A DNA stretch of 63,377 nucleotides from Bacteroidia bacterium (GTDB taxonomy: Bacteria; Bacteroidota; Bacteroidia; JABEUT01): positions 1 to 63,377 of the forward strand of contig DATHNG010000217.1 of NCBI GenBank assembly GCA_035486275.1. The letters run 5' to 3'. How positions within the stretch are numbered: the first letter of the stretch is position 1; each line of letters begins with the position of its first letter. Shown one piece after another: positions 6,180-15,856 of the stretch. Below the pieces are notes generated by a model. The model did no database searches. It had not been told where the DNA came from and was given only the letters and a program-made list of their open reading frames with translations. The position numbers and the translations under genes are program-made.

Positions 6180-7489
6180 TGCAGAATAGTGCAGCAAAAT
6201 ATCGTTCAATTCTGTACGCAATATTAATTGCCTGCCTCTTTGTGCCCTTACTGCAAAGCCATACCGGTTTCATAAAGCTACATAAGCTTAACGGTGCCAC
6301 TGATGCAGTAGATACAGTACCTGTATTTTCCGCAAAAAACTGGTTCGACGGAACCTACCAGGCGCAAAAAGAAAAAATAATTAATGACTCTTTCGGATTC
6401 AGAAGTGCATTTGTAAAGCTTCACAACGAGGTTGATTACGACCTGTTTAACCTGGCGCATGCTGAGTTTATTGTAGGTGGTAAGAATGGTTATTTATTTG
6501 AAACACATTATATTGATGGTTACTATGGCACCGACTTTTTAGGTAAAGAGAACATTGAACAGACCATGGATAAACTGCAATTTATAAATGACACCCTGGC
6601 CAAGCTCAACAAAACACTTTTACTGGTAATAGCACCTAGTAAGGCTTTGTATTACCCCGAATATATGCCTGACAGAATTAATACCACCAAAGGCCATACA
6701 AACTATGACACTTACCTTGACCTCTTGAAAAAATCGAACATCCATTACATTGATTTCAATAGCTACTTTATTGCAAACAAAAACAAATCGAAATATCCGC
6801 TGGAGCCTAAGAATGGTGTTCACTGGAGTATGTATGGTGCAGCCGTTGCAGGCGATTCATTGGTTAAATACCTTGAAGCGGTTCGCCACATTACCATGCC
6901 AAAAGCAATATGGAAAAGCATTGCCTTGCACAGAGATTCACTTTTCGATATTGATGTAGAGAATTCTATGAACCTTCTTTTCAGGCTGAAGAGCCCGTTA
7001 ATGGCTTACCCTGATATTGCTTTTGAGCATGACACAACTAAAACAAGACCCAAGATGCTAAGTGTTGGTGATAGCTTTTATTGGGGATTAGATGCGGGGT
7101 ATGATATTAAAAACGGATTTTCTGCTGATAGTAGATTCTGGTATTACTACAAAAGACCTGATCATATTCAACCCACAAAAGATGAACTGAAGGATGAAAT
7201 TGAAAAAAGCGATGTAGTTATGCTCCTGGTTACAACACCTAACCTGGCTACTGTGGGCTGGGGCTTTATTAATGACACCTACGATATGTTCAAAGGTACA
7301 AACGCCATGCCAAAAAAACAGGCCGATTCAATTTACAACAGCAGGCTGAGTGCCCTGAGAGTTTATATTAGGAATGACAAGAACTGGCTTGCAAAGGTTG
7401 CAGAAGGAGCTAGAAAAGACGGTATACCTTTAGATTCTGCCATTACCCTTAACGCTAAGTGGGTAATAGAGCATGAAAAGAAAAAATAA
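6179..7489 (+). CDS. AlgJ/AlgX-like (SGNH-like) extracytoplasmic O-acetyltransferase partner of the MBOAT protein
   Basis: Its start overlaps the MBOAT stop (TGATG, 6177-6181). It has an N-terminal signal anchor. GKNGYLFE, NGVHWS and VGDSFYWG resemble the GKDGWLF / DxHW / GDS motifs of AlgJ/AlgX. The call is from motif memory only. Confidence 0.55.
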   Translation: MQNSAAKYRSILYAILIACLFVPLLQSHTGFIKLHKLNGATDAVDTVPVFSAKNWFDGTYQAQKEKIINDSFGFRSAFVKLHNEVDYDLFNLAHAEFIVGGKNGYLFETHYIDGYYGTDFLGKENIEQTMDKLQFINDTLAKLNKTLLLVIAPSKALYYPEYMPDRINTTKGHTNYDTYLDLLKKSNIHYIDFNSYFIANKNKSKYPLEPKNGVHWSMYGAAVAGDSLVKYLEAVRHITMPKAIWKSIALHRDSLFDIDVENSMNLLFRLKSPLMAYPDIAFEHDTTKTRPKMLSVGDSFYWGLDAGYDIKNGFSADSRFWYYYKRPDHIQPTKDELKDEIEKSDVVMLLVTTPNLATVGWGFINDTYDMFKGTNAMPKKQADSIYNSRLSALRVYIRNDKNWLAKVAEGARKDGIPLDSAITLNAKWVIEHEKKK

Positions 7490-7503
7490 GTACGGGTTAC
7501 TTA

Positions 7504-9450
7504 TCAGTTCCAGAAATCCCAGTTAATACCAAAACGGAGAACCTGGTCGGGCATTGGATAATGCAGGGCGTAACCATAAAATGAACTGGTCTGCAGGAAG
7601 GGTGAAGTAACATTCTCCATTTTCAGGAACATCCGGAATGTGCGTATACGGAAAGTTATAAATGGATCGAAGTAGAAATAATTCCCCATTTTAACATTGT
7701 TCTGCACATAATACTGGCTAATAACTGGCTGGTATGCATATACGTAGTACGAAGAATTATAAAACACATCCACACCAACCCTTAGTAACATGTGATGCTT
7801 GAATAGGTAATTTTCATAGAAAACAGAATTTTCTGCCACCAATTTCGGAAGGTATATTGGCTCATAATCTTTTGCAATTGTTGAGGCATCTTTTACATAT
7901 TGAAATATTTCTTTTGTATTCAAATGCCACTTCCCTATTGTAAAGTTCTTTGTTATATATGCTTTATAAATATTAATCAGGTCCTGGGTCTGCAGTGGAA
8001 TAGAATTCAGAGTTGCAGGTGCAAAATATACCATGTTCTGTACCTGGCTTACTTCGCCACCGAGGTTCACATGCCATTGGGCATCTTCATATACAAGAGA
8101 ACTTGTAATAGTGGTTATTTTATTAAAATTATTTTGCCATTCAAAATTATTGCCACTATATAATTCATAAATAAGTCCGGGTGTCTGGTATGAATATTGC
8201 TCGCTTAACTTAATTAATCTCAATGAGTCAGGCTTCCAGCCTAAATGTGCTGAACCTTGTATGTCACCATGCTGAGTGCCAGCAAAAATATCGGAGCCTT
8301 CAGCATCAAATAAAATATGGCCATTCGCAAACGTATTATACGCACGTGCGTGAACAATAACATTACTGAATACAGAATCGTGCAGCAGTTTATAAAGCAA
8401 AGTGTCTGTTTCATTTTTAGTACGGCCCGAGATTCCTCCATATTCTGTAAAATGAACCCATTGGTCTTCTATTCCTGCGTCCCACTTCAATATCTTGTTC
8501 CAGCCCTTTGCAGACCCGATAGAGAAATCATTTATAAATTGATCGTACCGCAGAGAATCATATGTAGTATCAACATTATTATAAAAGCGAGGATAGAAGC
8601 CTGAAGAATCATCTGCAATCGTATAGTCGTTATATATTCTTGAATTACCTGATATTCGTGCAGTATGCGAAACATACATTAGCGGATCCTCTTTACCTGA
8701 ATCAGGACTGTTATATCCGTAAAAATAAAACTGTTGAAGCCTGAATGACGTTTGACGCTCTGTACTGCGGGCCGATGCAAGGTTGACCGGAGTAGCGAGC
8801 CTTTCTGATGAGTAATTAGGGTTAATGAAATTTGAATCATTATATATTCCTCCGTTCTGATCAAATTTCGATGCATTATAAATTGCATCGAATAACAACA
8901 TATATCGTTTGGAGCGATAGTTCAGGGTAACGTTCAATTGGTTCAAATTACTCGACTGGTTCAAATAAATACCATCAGACCTGACACGTTTAAACCCTAT
9001 AGCTACATTAAGCTTTTTACCGAAGTTCTGCGTAAGTGTTAAATCAAGGAATTGATGAATTGTAGGATCGGTAACATAAAAGAAATTAAGATACGGGGCA
9101 CGTGTATTGTAATACCTCAGCGTAGAGTCGTTCTTGAAATAACTCGAAAGATAATCAGGGCCATAATAAAAACCTAAAGGAGAAGGTGTACAGTTAAAGA
9201 TAACGGGTACCAATGGCAAACCTGGGTTACCCAGACTATAATGAGAGGTATAGTATTCAAGATCATCTATACTAGTATCCACTTTCCACGATTCTTTCTC
9301 CCATATATTAAATGGGCTAAGCATACCCAACGTATAGCCAAGCGTAACATCATGCTTTATTGTCGTATCAATAGGCCCGACTGAAGCCTTTATTCCGCTT
9401 ATAAAAAGCAAGTTGAAAATACAACATACAATTAAGAACCTCTTTTTCAT
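7504..9450 (-). CDS. outer-membrane beta-barrel protein (putative porin family)
   Basis: ORF track, trimmed to MKKRFLIVCCIFNLLFISGIKA. The sequence is Tyr/Asn/Ser-rich with an alternating pattern. The aromatic C-terminus RFGINWDFWN is typical of OM barrels. Confidence 0.55.
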   Translation of the reverse strand: MKKRFLIVCCIFNLLFISGIKASVGPIDTTIKHDVTLGYTLGMLSPFNIWEKESWKVDTSIDDLEYYTSHYSLGNPGLPLVPVIFNCTPSPLGFYYGPDYLSSYFKNDSTLRYYNTRAPYLNFFYVTDPTIHQFLDLTLTQNFGKKLNVAIGFKRVRSDGIYLNQSSNLNQLNVTLNYRSKRYMLLFDAIYNASKFDQNGGIYNDSNFINPNYSSERLATPVNLASARSTERQTSFRLQQFYFYGYNSPDSGKEDPLMYVSHTARISGNSRIYNDYTIADDSSGFYPRFYNNVDTTYDSLRYDQFINDFSIGSAKGWNKILKWDAGIEDQWVHFTEYGGISGRTKNETDTLLYKLLHDSVFSNVIVHARAYNTFANGHILFDAEGSDIFAGTQHGDIQGSAHLGWKPDSLRLIKLSEQYSYQTPGLIYELYSGNNFEWQNNFNKITTITSSLVYEDAQWHVNLGGEVSQVQNMVYFAPATLNSIPLQTQDLINIYKAYITKNFTIGKWHLNTKEIFQYVKDASTIAKDYEPIYLPKLVAENSVFYENYLFKHHMLLRVGVDVFYNSSYYVYAYQPVISQYYVQNNVKMGNYFYFDPFITFRIRTFRMFLKMENVTSPFLQTSSFYGYALHYPMPDQVLRFGINWDFWN

Positions 9451-9651
9451 TACCACCATAAAATAGCCTGTTTAGGGCCTGCATTTCTTTTATTAATTGT
9501 ATTTTCCACTTTATAAGGTAAGCAATTATAGCTGTAATTTGGCATTGGTCTTTAAAAAATGGCAATCAATCATATAAAACCTTAATTCATCTCTTAATGC
9601 CATTGCGATATGCCCGAATTTTATTATATTTACGCTACAAAAATATAAATT

Positions 9652-11865
9652 ATGGGAACGGCAACCGAAAAGGATATCTCCCTTCAGGAACATTTAAAAA
9701 CATTCTTTGGTTTTTCAAAGTTTAAAGATCAGCAAGAAGCAATTATTAAGAATGTACTTAACGGGAAAGATACCTTTGTTATTATGCCGACCGGTGGGGG
9801 TAAATCACTTTGTTACCAATTACCTGCCCTTTTAAGCGACGGTGTTGCCATTATTGTTTCACCACTTATTGCCCTGATGAAGAACCAGGTAGATATTCTT
9901 CGCACATTTGGCGCTAAAGATGGTATTGCCCACTTTTTAAATTCATCGCTTTCAAAATCTCAGATAAATAAGGTAAAAGATGAAGTAATAAAAGGCGAAA
10001 CAAAGCTTTTGTATGTAGCGCCTGAATCTCTTTCCAAGGAACTTAATGTTGCATTCTTTAAAAAGGTTAAAATATCCTTCTTCGCTATTGACGAAGTACA
10101 CTGTATATCAGAATGGGGACACGATTTCCGCCCGGAGTACAGAAAATTAAGACCACTTATAGAACAAATTGGCCGCGTACCTATTATAGCTCTAACGGCA
10201 ACTGCTACCCCTAAGGTACAGGAGGACATTATGAAGAACCTTGATATTCAGGATGCGGCTGTCTTCAAGTCTTCATTTAACAGGCCAAATTTATATTACG
10301 AAGTACGCACCAAGCAAAACGCTGCTAAAGAGATCATCAAGTTCATTCGCCAGCATACAGGTAAATCGGGCATTATTTACTGCTTAAGCCGTAAAAAGGT
10401 AGAGGAAATTGCTCAGACCTTGCAGGTTAATGGTATTAAGGCATTGCCCTACCATGCAGGCATGGATAAACCAACACGTGACCAGACACAGGACAAGTTC
10501 TTGATGGAAGATGTGGACGTAATGGTTGCAACCATTGCCTTTGGTATGGGTATTGATAAACCAGACGTACGATACGTTATTCACTACGATATTCCCAAGA
10601 GCCTTGAAAGCTATTACCAGGAAACAGGCCGTTCGGGTCGTGATGGTGGCGAAGGAAAGTGTATTACCTTTTATAGTTATGAGGATGTAAGGAAACTTGA
10701 GAAATTTTTAAAGGATAAGCCTGTTGCAGAACAGGAAATTGGCAGGCAACTGATACAGGAAACTATTGCATTTGCTGAAAGTGCTGTATGTCGCCGTAAA
10801 ATGCTGTTACACTACTTTGGCGAAACATATAATGAAAAGAATTGCGGCCAATGTGATAATTGCCTGAACCCTAAAACACAGTTTGAAGGAAAAGATGACT
10901 TACAATTGTTGCTTGAGGTAATTCAGGAAACCAAAGAAAAGTTCAAGTCAAAACATATTGTAGATGTATTGTTAGGCAATTTAAGCTCTGCAGTAAAATC
11001 GTACAAGCATGATAAGCTAGAAATATTCGGAGACGGTGTAGAGCATGGCAAGGATGAAAAATTCTGGAATGCAATTATCCGCCAGGCGTTGGTAATGGAT
11101 TTTGTAATAAAAGATATTGAAGCATATGGAGTATTAAGCCTTAGCAAGACCGGTAAGGACTTTATTAAGAAACCACATTCTATTATGCTTGCCAAGGACC
11201 ATGACTATAGTGGCGAGAGCGACGATGAAGAGGATATTATGATGGCTGCTGCTCAAAAAGGTGGTGGTGCTACTGATCAAACTTTATACGCTTTACTTAA
11301 AGATCTCTGTAAATCAACTGCTGCTAAATTGAAACTACCACCTTTCGTTGTGTTCCAGGAAACATCATTAGAGGAAATGGCAACACATTACCCGGTGAAC
11401 CTTGAAGAGTTGGCACACATTACAGGCGTTGGTGTAAATAAGGCGGATAAATTCGGAAAAGCTTTTGTAGAACTTATAGCCAAGTATGTTGAGGAAAACG
11501 AAATAGAACGCCCGCAGGATATTGTTGTAAAATCGGTTGTAAATAAATCAGGCCTGAAGGTTTATATTATTCAGAGTATTGACAGAAAGGTTGATCTTGA
11601 AAATATGGCAAAAGGCAAGGGCCTTGCATTGCCTGCCTTATTACACGAAATTGAAACAATAGTATCATCAGGTACTAAGGTAGACATCAGGTATTATATT
11701 GATAAGGTAATTGATGATGACAGGCAGGATGAAGTATTTGACTACTTCCGCACGGCTGATTCTGATTCACTGGACGCTGCTTTGGCAGAGCTTGGAAACG
11801 AAGATTATACCGAAGAAGATATTCGCCTGATGCGTATCAGGTTCCTGTCTGAAATGGGGCACTAA
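9652..11865 (+). CDS. recQ: ATP-dependent DNA helicase RecQ
   Basis: It has the helicase motifs MPTGGGKSLCYQLPA and FAIDEVHCISEWGHDFRPEY. The RecQ zinc cluster is present as CRRKMLLHYFGE...CGQCDNC. The C-terminal region is HRDC-like. Confidence 0.95.
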   Translation: MGTATEKDISLQEHLKTFFGFSKFKDQQEAIIKNVLNGKDTFVIMPTGGGKSLCYQLPALLSDGVAIIVSPLIALMKNQVDILRTFGAKDGIAHFLNSSLSKSQINKVKDEVIKGETKLLYVAPESLSKELNVAFFKKVKISFFAIDEVHCISEWGHDFRPEYRKLRPLIEQIGRVPIIALTATATPKVQEDIMKNLDIQDAAVFKSSFNRPNLYYEVRTKQNAAKEIIKFIRQHTGKSGIIYCLSRKKVEEIAQTLQVNGIKALPYHAGMDKPTRDQTQDKFLMEDVDVMVATIAFGMGIDKPDVRYVIHYDIPKSLESYYQETGRSGRDGGEGKCITFYSYEDVRKLEKFLKDKPVAEQEIGRQLIQETIAFAESAVCRRKMLLHYFGETYNEKNCGQCDNCLNPKTQFEGKDDLQLLLEVIQETKEKFKSKHIVDVLLGNLSSAVKSYKHDKLEIFGDGVEHGKDEKFWNAIIRQALVMDFVIKDIEAYGVLSLSKTGKDFIKKPHSIMLAKDHDYSGESDDEEDIMMAAAQKGGGATDQTLYALLKDLCKSTAAKLKLPPFVVFQETSLEEMATHYPVNLEELAHITGVGVNKADKFGKAFVELIAKYVEENEIERPQDIVVKSVVNKSGLKVYIIQSIDRKVDLENMAKGKGLALPALLHEIETIVSSGTKVDIRYYIDKVIDDDRQDEVFDYFRTADSDSLDAALAELGNEDYTEEDIRLMRIRFLSEMGH

Positions 11866-11883
11866 CCTAAATCGTATTTGGCA

Positions 11884-12261
11884 TTATTTTGAAGCTATGT
11901 CATCCTGCTTTTTAAGAAATGCAGATGGAATAATGTATTTGTTCAGCTTAAGGAAATTAGCCAGGATAAAGAATACGGTACCACCCGGCACTATAGCAAG
12001 CACAACCAGATCAACCGTCTTCAATGTATCTTTCATCTGGTTCCCAATCTGAACTTTTTCCTCATGTGTAAGTTCTTTACCATGAAAGGTAGATTGCACC
12101 ATTAAATGAAAAGCTTCTTTCGTACCCTTACCCTCTATCTCAACATTGGCAATAAATTCACCACCCTTATGCTTTAGTTTATCAAGTAATTCTTTGGGGT
12201 CGTGATGTGGTAAGTGCCCTTCCTTTTTAATATGCTCTATCAGTTCAGCTATGCTGTTCAT
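11884..12261 (-). CDS. hypothetical protein with a C-terminal TM helix
   Basis: ORF track, trimmed to MNSIAELIEHIKKEG (CAT 12259-12261). The hydrophobic segment LVVLAIVPGGTVFFILANFL lies near the C-terminus. I recognise no family. Confidence 0.45.
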   Translation of the reverse strand: MNSIAELIEHIKKEGHLPHHDPKELLDKLKHKGGEFIANVEIEGKGTKEAFHLMVQSTFHGKELTHEEKVQIGNQMKDTLKTVDLVVLAIVPGGTVFFILANFLKLNKYIIPSAFLKKQDDIASK

Positions 12262-12289
12262 GCTACAAAGGTAATTCATTCAATTTTAA

Positions 12290-13831
12290 TCAGGTGTTCA
12301 GCCTACTGAATAAATCACGGCATTGCCTTATGTCCTTACCTATATATGAAATATGATTATCAGGGCGTAATAAAATATAGAAGTCAGCATGGTTACCAAA
12401 TAAAGCCTTTGGTATATATTGAAAAGAGTGCTTAACAGTTTTGATCTTTCCGGTATTCAGTTCCACTTGCTTATTCTGCCCGAAAAATAAAAGCTTAAAT
12501 GCAGGCTCTCTTAGGTAATCAAATATATTATCGCCTTGCGGAAAAGTAAAATATGGCATTCTGTTTCCAGCCTTAACTTTCTTAATTGTACTGCCAATTA
12601 TAAGTTCATTTTCTTTATACCTGATACCAGTTTCAGATATCAATGGGAATATCCATTTTTTTGCAATTGGGTTTTGCGTTACTAAATGCACTATTACAGG
12701 CAGAATATTTAGTCTTATAAAATTCCAGAAACCGTTTTCCCCAGCCATGGCGTCGAATAACTTATCAGTTGTCTCCAGTAGGTTCTTTGCATTTTCCGCT
12801 CTTTCAATACTATATGTTTTTAAAAATTCCGGATTTAATTCTCCTTTAATTACAAAAGCAAGTTTCCAGGCCAGGTTATATACGTCCTGTATTCCAGTGT
12901 TCATTCCTTGCCCACCTGCAGGTGTATGAATATGGGCAGCATCGCCTGCTATGTAGCTTCTTTCATTCCCAAAAGAGTCTGTTTTACGACTATGTACCTT
13001 ATAACTTGAGAACCACCCTAATTCTTCAAAATCCACAGAAACACCTATCTGGTGCTTTATTGAAGGTTCAATATCTTCAAATTTGTACTCCTTGCTTTCG
13101 TCTGCATCAGGAAGAATACCAACTATACGGTAATGGCCTTCACCTTCCATCGGAAAGAAAATGATAAACCCCTTCTTGAACAGGAACATGAACAGTTCAT
13201 TCTTGTTGATCACAGAACTTCTAAGTTTCACATCGGCCACATAAAACATTCTTGGCACAGTATCGCCTTTTAATTCTAATCCCATTTTATGCCTGACCAT
13301 GCTACTGGCACCATCACAACCAACAGGATATTGAGCTTCTATTTTTCTCTCTTGACCTGTTTCATCATTGAACGAAACTATAACTCTATTATCTACCTGT
13401 TCGTATCCTTTAAATTCCGATTTCCACCTTATGGTTCTATTGTTCTCTTTCAGGTAATCAACTAAAAGAGTTTCTGTTTTACTCTGCTCGAGCGATAAAG
13501 CGTATGGGAACTGACTCAGCCCCTCACCCAACTTATTAATATTGACCTTTGCCCTCAGCTTACTTTTATAGAACATATTAAGGCCAGTAGTGATCTGCCC
13601 TTCTTTTATAGCCTTTTCAGCTAACCCTATCTCCTGAAATATTTCAAGTGATCGGGCTTGCACTACCAGTGCTTTTGAGAGGGGAGTGGTTTTCTCATTT
13701 TTTTCAAGTATTATAAAGTCAATATTATACCGAAGCAATTGAACCGCCATACTTAAGCCTGTTGGCCCTGCCCCGACTATAACAACTTCAGTTCTTAATA
13801 CCTGCTGAGATTCCATTCCGGTACTTTTCAC
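12290..13831 (-). CDS. FAD-dependent aromatic-ring monooxygenase (PheA/TfdB-type)
   Basis: It has a VVIVGAGPTGLSMAVQL Rossmann motif and the GDAAHIHTPAGGQGMNTGIQDVYNLAWKL FAD fingerprint. The start at 13831 is GTG. An ATG alternative (MESQQ) is at 13816. Confidence 0.85.
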   Translation of the reverse strand: MKSTGMESQQVLRTEVVIVGAGPTGLSMAVQLLRYNIDFIILEKNEKTTPLSKALVVQARSLEIFQEIGLAEKAIKEGQITTGLNMFYKSKLRAKVNINKLGEGLSQFPYALSLEQSKTETLLVDYLKENNRTIRWKSEFKGYEQVDNRVIVSFNDETGQERKIEAQYPVGCDGASSMVRHKMGLELKGDTVPRMFYVADVKLRSSVINKNELFMFLFKKGFIIFFPMEGEGHYRIVGILPDADESKEYKFEDIEPSIKHQIGVSVDFEELGWFSSYKVHSRKTDSFGNERSYIAGDAAHIHTPAGGQGMNTGIQDVYNLAWKLAFVIKGELNPEFLKTYSIERAENAKNLLETTDKLFDAMAGENGFWNFIRLNILPVIVHLVTQNPIAKKWIFPLISETGIRYKENELIIGSTIKKVKAGNRMPYFTFPQGDNIFDYLREPAFKLLFFGQNKQVELNTGKIKTVKHSFQYIPKALFGNHADFYILLRPDNHISYIGKDIRQCRDLFSRLNT

Positions 13832-13911
13832 CTAATTTAAACATTAAAGGAGGAGTTCCTTTTAATCTTCGTTATAATCAGAATTATGGTAGCCAGAAAC
13901 GGAAAGTGTTA

Positions 13912-15804
13912 TTACCTGCGTAAATACCTTCTTCCCCTTAAAAACATACGCAAGCCTTTATTTCTTACCGAGATAGATAGATCTCTATCTTCTGATTCTT
14001 TCCTTTCCAATTCAAACGCTTCCAGTACTTGTCTGTATGTAAGTAGCCCAACAAGGTGATCCTTATCTCCATCCTTTACAACGGGCAGTAGGTCTACGTT
14101 ATTTCTTATCATACTATTTACTGCTTTCTTAAGGCTATCCGTATCGTTAATTGTAATAGGAGGTTTTGTTATCAATTTACTAACCTTCTCTTCTGGCTTA
14201 TATGTTGAACTGAATATTTCGTGGGCAGTCAATATTCCTACCAAAGTATCTTCATGTAGTTCTTTTATAACCGCATACGACTTACTATAGTTTGTAGCGC
14301 CTGGCTCATGAATAAACTCGCGGGCCCGTGCTATAGTATCGTCACTACTCAATACAATTACCTGTTCTTTTAAAACATCTTTCACCTGGTAGCTATTAAG
14401 CACATCCGGAGTATAAGTCTCAGGTGTATTAACGCCACGGCGCGATATCTTTTCTGTCATAATAGTACTGCGCATCATTACAAAGGAAATAAAGTACGCT
14501 GCAGCACAGCCCCCTAAAAGCGGTAATAGCAAATGGGGTTGCTGGGTAGTTTCTAATGAAAAAATAACTGCTGTAAGGAACGCCCTTGAAGCGCCTGAGA
14601 ACATGGCAGCCATCCCTATCAAACCGGCTATAGAAGCGCTTAATCCAAGCACCGGGAATATCTGATTTGTTCCAATTGCCAGCAATGCACCTAAGGCACC
14701 ACCAATAGTAAATAAAGGCGCAAGTGTACCGCCTGATGTTCCGCTACCTAAAGATATTGCCCACGATATAAACTTAAGCAGGCAGAACACAAGCAATATA
14801 TTCACACTCATGTTTCCACTTAAAATGCCGCTTATATTACTATACCCTACTCCCATTGTTGATGGTGCAAAGTATCCGACTACTCCTACAGCCACTGCCC
14901 CGATAGCCGGCCACCACATCCAATGAATAGGCAGTTTTTCAAAAGCATCTTCAACAGCATAAACAATTTTGGTAACGCCAACGGAGAAAACACCAACCAC
15001 AGCACCCAACAAAACGTATACAATCAACTGAGGAATGTTTGGCGCAGGCACATAGGGCATACTAAACATAGGATGGTAGCCAAAGAAAAAGATATGGCAT
15101 GCAGCACCGGTAATACATGCTAATGCAACCGGGATAATAGAACGTGGTGAAAATTCAAACAACAACAATTCAATAGCAAGCATAATACCTGCAACAGGGC
15201 TACCAAATATGGCGGCCATACCTGCTGTAGCGCCTGCCGTTAGCAATATCTTTCTTTCGTACGCAGTTATCTTTAATATCTGGCCAATAAGTGAACCAAA
15301 AGCGCCGCCGGCAGCAATAATGGGTCCTTCTGCACCGAAAGGGCCACCGGTGCCGATCGAGATTGCTGCGGAAAGTGGTTTTAATAATGTCACAATGGGA
15401 TGTATCTTGCTGTCATTTGTAAGCACCTGTTCCATTGCTTCAGGAATACCGTGGCCACGAATAGCCTTAGAACCATAACGAGCCATGAAACCGACTAATA
15501 CTCCACCAATAATCGGTACAAATATTACCCATATACCCAAGTGATTTCCGACAGGAGAAACTTCTCCCGACTGTATTTTACCATAGAATGCAATGCCCGT
15601 TACAAGGCTGATGAGTTCAACCATTATTTTAGCTACCACGCCTACAAGCAATGCATTTAAAATTGCAAGCGTGCAAATGTATAGTAACCGCGGGACGTTA
15701 ACTCCTTTAGGAGCGCTTATGCCCTCGGCTTCAAGCGTTGGGCCAATAGAAATTGATACAGGTATACCATTATTGGTAGATGCCTCTTCTATCTTCTTTT
15801 TCAT
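13912..15804 (-). CDS. ClC-family chloride channel/antiporter with C-terminal CBS pair
   Basis: The protein is multi-pass. It carries ClC selectivity motifs GSKAIRGHGIPE, GGPFGAEGP and GSGTSGGTLAPLF. The C-terminal ~150 aa read as two CBS-type repeats. Confidence 0.88.
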   Translation of the reverse strand: MKKKIEEASTNNGIPVSISIGPTLEAEGISAPKGVNVPRLLYICTLAILNALLVGVVAKIMVELISLVTGIAFYGKIQSGEVSPVGNHLGIWVIFVPIIGGVLVGFMARYGSKAIRGHGIPEAMEQVLTNDSKIHPIVTLLKPLSAAISIGTGGPFGAEGPIIAAGGAFGSLIGQILKITAYERKILLTAGATAGMAAIFGSPVAGIMLAIELLLFEFSPRSIIPVALACITGAACHIFFFGYHPMFSMPYVPAPNIPQLIVYVLLGAVVGVFSVGVTKIVYAVEDAFEKLPIHWMWWPAIGAVAVGVVGYFAPSTMGVGYSNISGILSGNMSVNILLVFCLLKFISWAISLGSGTSGGTLAPLFTIGGALGALLAIGTNQIFPVLGLSASIAGLIGMAAMFSGASRAFLTAVIFSLETTQQPHLLLPLLGGCAAAYFISFVMMRSTIMTEKISRRGVNTPETYTPDVLNSYQVKDVLKEQVIVLSSDDTIARAREFIHEPGATNYSKSYAVIKELHEDTLVGILTAHEIFSSTYKPEEKVSKLITKPPITINDTDSLKKAVNSMIRNNVDLLPVVKDGDKDHLVGLLTYRQVLEAFELERKESEDRDLSISVRNKGLRMFLRGRRYLRR

Positions 15805-15856
15805 GGGGGTAGAGAAGATTATTGCGTCTTTAACAACGCATATGTTATGAACCTAT

